In this document: positions 60,916 through 64,000 of the stretch, one piece after another
Numbering within the stretch: the first letter of the stretch is position 1
How the letters are laid out: every line of letters starts with the position of its first letter
Assembly (NCBI GenBank): GCA_040751795.1
Contig: JBFMHR010000002.1
Location: 160,001 to 224,000 of the forward strand
Direction: 5' to 3'
DNA: 64,000 nt
DNA from: Thermoplasmatota archaeon
GTDB taxonomy: Archaea > Thermoplasmatota > Thermoplasmata > UBA10834
Position numbers and translations under genes: made by a program
The notes under the pieces: model-generated
The model's database searches: none
What the model was told of the DNA's origin: nothing
Seen by the model: the letters and a program-made list of their open reading frames with translations, nothing else

Positions 60916-63900
60916 ATGCCCGCTCGGGTTCGGGGCGGCCCAACCGCGGTTCTTCTGGCGGTCATCATCCTCGGGAGCTCGGTCATCCCCCTCATGGACT
61001 ACTCGGTCGCCCCCGCCTCTGCCGAGTCGCTCCCGCTCTGGTCCAAGACATTCCGGATGCACGAGGGGGTCCCGTCAGTCGTGAGCGACTACGACTGGCT
61101 CAACACCTCCGCCCCGCAGAACCCAGGTGACCTGGACTACGACGGGGACGGCCTCCTCGGCGTCACGATCAGGAAGAACCTCCCGTCGCAGAGGTGGAGG
61201 CACTTCTGGGCCCTGGACCCGCCCGTCAACGCGGACGTGAGGGTCCTCGGCGACATCGATTTCCACATATGGGCGGCCTCGAGGGACAACGAGTCCGCGT
61301 CCATACTGACCGTCCTCCTCTCGGACATGGCGCCTGGGCAGTGGTCCCTGCCTGGCGACTGGGTCGCGGTGGGCACCGCGAGCATCCCCCTCCAGGGGCC
61401 GGTGTTCTCCGCCTTCAAGGCGTACGACCTGACCGTCGCGGGAGTCGACCACACCCTTGCGGAAGGCCACCGCCTCGTGCTCACGATCATGAGGGGGGAC
61501 TCCCTCAACGACGGGCTCCTCATCCTGTACGACGACGACTACTTCGACTCCTACATCGTGACCCCGGTCGAGGACTTCGTCTCGGTCTCGTCCGTCTGGA
61601 CCGAGGACGGCTCCGGCGCTGCGACCGATGTCTTCTCCGACTCGGAGCCGATAGTCGTGCTCGCGAACGTCACGAACCCGTTCGGGACCTACGAGACTGC
61701 GCCCGCGGAGTGCACGGTCGTCTACAGCTCCAACGGGACGGTCGTCGAGCCCAGGGCCGCCATGACGGCGGTGGCCGTGGACCCCTCTCCCGACTCATCC
61801 TGGATCCTCTTCTCCTCCTCCGTCGGCCCCCTCGGCAGCGGCGAATACACCATATCGGTCAACGGCAGCGACCCCCACGGCTCCCCGACCTGGATGAACG
61901 CCTCGGTGTCGGTCGTGGCCGTCGACCACTTCTCCGTCGCCGCCCCGGCCTCGGTCACCGCGGGCGTGGAGTTCGAGATGAGCGTGACGGCCCTCGACTC
62001 GGCTGACGCGGTCATCCCCAACTGGCGCGGAACCGTCACTCTCGAGGCCTACGAAGAGGACATGGTCACGCCCTTGCCAGAGCCCCTCTGGAACTCGTCG
62101 GTGGAGTTCGACGGGACGAGCGGCGGGGCGGTCACGGTCTACGACCAGGTATACAACGTCAGCGAGGAGGTCATGGTGATCAGGGCCTCCTCCAACGGCC
62201 ATCTCGGCTGGAGCGCGCCGGTCGCCGTGTTCGCGGGGCCGGTGGCCTCGGTCTCCTTGGAACCGTCCGGTCCGCTCTCCGTGGAGCTGGGCGGCTCCCA
62301 GCTGTTCACGGCCGAGGGGCGCGACTCGACCGGGCACCTGAACCTCAGCTGGTCCGCGGTGTGGTCCCTGGACGGGGACATCGGCGGCCTGGTCCCGTCG
62401 GGGTTCGCCGCGACGCTCACCGTCGACTCCGCGGGCAGCGGGGTCGTCCGGTGCGTGGACGCCTCCTCCGACGCCAACGCGTCCGCCGACGTGACGGTCG
62501 ACGCGGGCCCGCTCGCGAGGATCGAGCTGACCCCTGCCGGCCCCATCACGGTGAAGGAGGGGGAGACGGTCCCCGTGACGGCCGTCGGCTACGACTCGTT
62601 CGACAACGTCGTCCCGCTACCGGGCCCGATGTGGTACACGAACACATCAGGCCAGATCACGGGGACGGGCCCATCCGTAACTTACAAGGCGGGCTTCATC
62701 CCGGAGGCGGGCGTGATAACCGTGTCCTCGGGGACGACGAGCGCGTCCCTCGCGGTCACGGTCACCAACGCCCTGAACGGCCCGTGGCTCAGCACCATCC
62801 CGACCCAGATCGCAAACGAGGACGGTTCCTGGACGCTCAGCCTCGCGTCCTACTGGAACCACGTGAACGGGACGTCCGCCCTGAGGTGGTACGCGGAAGG
62901 GGTGGACAACTCCCTCTACATCATCACCTTCGATCCCGCGTCCCCCGCGCTGGTCCTGTTCATGACCCAGCCCGACAAGTCGGGGACCGACACGTTCAGG
63001 CTCTGGGTCAGGGACGCCGACGGCTACTCGACCTACCAGGACGTCGTGGTGAGCATCCAGCCGGTCAACGACATGCCGGTGTTCGTGCACACGCCCCCGA
63101 CCGAGTTCTACGTCAAGTTCAACACCCCGTACTCGTTCGACTTCGAGTACTACGTCTCCGACGTCGACAACCCGCCCGAGGAGCTCATGATGTTCGCGAC
63201 GTCCTCCGAGTGGGGCTCGGTCGTGTTCGAGGGCTTCATAGCGTCGTTCCTCTTCATCGAGAAGGACGGCAGGGAGAGCTACTTCGAGACCATGAGGGTC
63301 ACGCTGACGGACGCCTCGTCCCAGCAGGCGGCGGACTCGACCAACTCCGCCTACCTCGGGATAGTGGTGTGGGTGACCGAGGACACGCCGCCGGACCTGA
63401 CCGCCGAGCTCCCGGACGTCACGGACCTCATGGAGGGCGAGATGGACAGGCCGGTCTTCGACCTCGACGACTACTTCGAGGACATCGACGAGGACGTGCT
63501 CCTCTACGACTACGGTTTCCTCAACATCGACGTGGACATCGACCCGGACACCCACGTCGTCAACATGTCGGCCCCCTACGAGTGGTCTGGCATGACGGAC
63601 GGGACCTTCACCGCGGTCGACCCGACGGGCGCCTTCAAGACGGACACGGTCACCGTGACGGTCATCCCCGTCAACGACGCCCCCTCCGTGACCTCGCCGG
63701 AGTCGGTCCATGTACGCTACGACGTCGAGTATAGGCTCGACGCTGGCATGTACGTGCACGACCCCGACCACTCGTTCGCCGAGCTCACGTTCACCTTCGA
63801 CAGCCCGTACGTCTCGTATTCCGGCGGTGACATCTGCCTGCTCTTCCCCCCGGACCTGCTGGGGGGGTCGTACGATGGCGCCTACAACGTCTACGTCATG

Positions 63901-64000
63901 ATGATGGTGGAGGACCCGGAGGGGGCGAGGGACTGGGGCAACTTCACGGTCACCGTGAGCGACAACTATCCCCCGGGGACGGTCGACCCGGTCCCCTACC
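60916..64000 (+). CDS. Large secreted/surface protein with Ig-like and cadherin-like repeats; runs off the window
   Basis: Hand translation (absent from the ORF track): SD AGGAGG, signal MPARVRGGPTAVLLAVIILG, and later QPVNDMPVF, SDVDN, DLDDYFEDID, PVNDAPSV, DNYPP in the same frame. Confidence 0.85.
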   Translation, partial: MPARVRGGPTAVLLAVIILGSSVIPLMDYSVAPASAESLPLWSKTFRMHEGVPSVVSDYDWLNTSAPQNPGDLDYDGDGLLGVTIRKNLPSQRWRHFWALDPPVNADVRVLGDIDFHIWAASRDNESASILTVLLSDMAPGQWSLPGDWVAVGTASIPLQGPVFSAFKAYDLTVAGVDHTLAEGHRLVLTIMRGDSLNDGLLILYDDDYFDSYIVTPVEDFVSVSSVWTEDGSGAATDVFSDSEPIVVLANVTNPFGTYETAPAECTVVYSSNGTVVEPRAAMTAVAVDPSPDSSWILFSSSVGPLGSGEYTISVNGSDPHGSPTWMNASVSVVAVDHFSVAAPASVTAGVEFEMSVTALDSADAVIPNWRGTVTLEAYEEDMVTPLPEPLWNSSVEFDGTSGGAVTVYDQVYNVSEEVMVIRASSNGHLGWSAPVAVFAGPVASVSLEPSGPLSVELGGSQLFTAEGRDSTGHLNLSWSAVWSLDGDIGGLVPSGFAATLTVDSAGSGVVRCVDASSDANASADVTVDAGPLARIELTPAGPITVKEGETVPVTAVGYDSFDNVVPLPGPMWYTNTSGQITGTGPSVTYKAGFIPEAGVITVSSGTTSASLAVTVTNALNGPWLSTIPTQIANEDGSWTLSLASYWNHVNGTSALRWYAEGVDNSLYIITFDPASPALVLFMTQPDKSGTDTFRLWVRDADGYSTYQDVVVSIQPVNDMPVFVHTPPTEFYVKFNTPYSFDFEYYVSDVDNPPEELMMFATSSEWGSVVFEGFIASFLFIEKDGRESYFETMRVTLTDASSQQAADSTNSAYLGIVVWVTEDTPPDLTAELPDVTDLMEGEMDRPVFDLDDYFEDIDEDVLLYDYGFLNIDVDIDPDTHVVNMSAPYEWSGMTDGTFTAVDPTGAFKTDTVTVTVIPVNDAPSVTSPESVHVRYDVEYRLDAGMYVHDPDHSFAELTFTFDSPYVSYSGGDICLLFPPDLLGGSYDGAYNVYVMMMVEDPEGARDWGNFTVTVSDNYPPGTVDPVPY

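Overview
High-GC chromosomal window from an archaeon, most likely Thermoplasmatota. This placement is an inference from the archaeal-type GlyRS and ValRS, the ThiD-ThiN fusion, DUF835, a SAMP/MoaD, the AbrB-PhoU regulator, tRNA-Gly with an A73 discriminator, and TATA-box promoters in front of leaderless genes. The window holds about 48 real CDSs and one tRNA-Gly(GCC); most other six-frame ORFs are GC-driven shadows. Content: a corrinoid protein and pterin-binding methyltransferase pair, a non-pyrrolysine MttB and FolC (folate-linked methyl transfer), a peptide ABC transporter with a PKD-fused permease, two very large Ig-repeat surface proteins, a PAS/GAF histidine kinase, a class-A beta-lactamase-like / HTH-MNT / LD-carboxypeptidase cluster, a PolX plus NAD-ligase operon, CopA, an orphan DNA methyltransferase and a Rab-like GTPase. 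I saw no CRISPR array, integrase, transposase or rRNA. The best leads are a structured riboswitch-like leader before the corrinoid gene, a degenerate orphan HTH-MNT with twin palindromic operators between two peptidoglycan-type enzymes, a C-rich candidate sRNA, the PolX-LigA module and the Rab-like GTPase beside a cadherin-like protein. All calls come from motif reading by eye; no searches were run.
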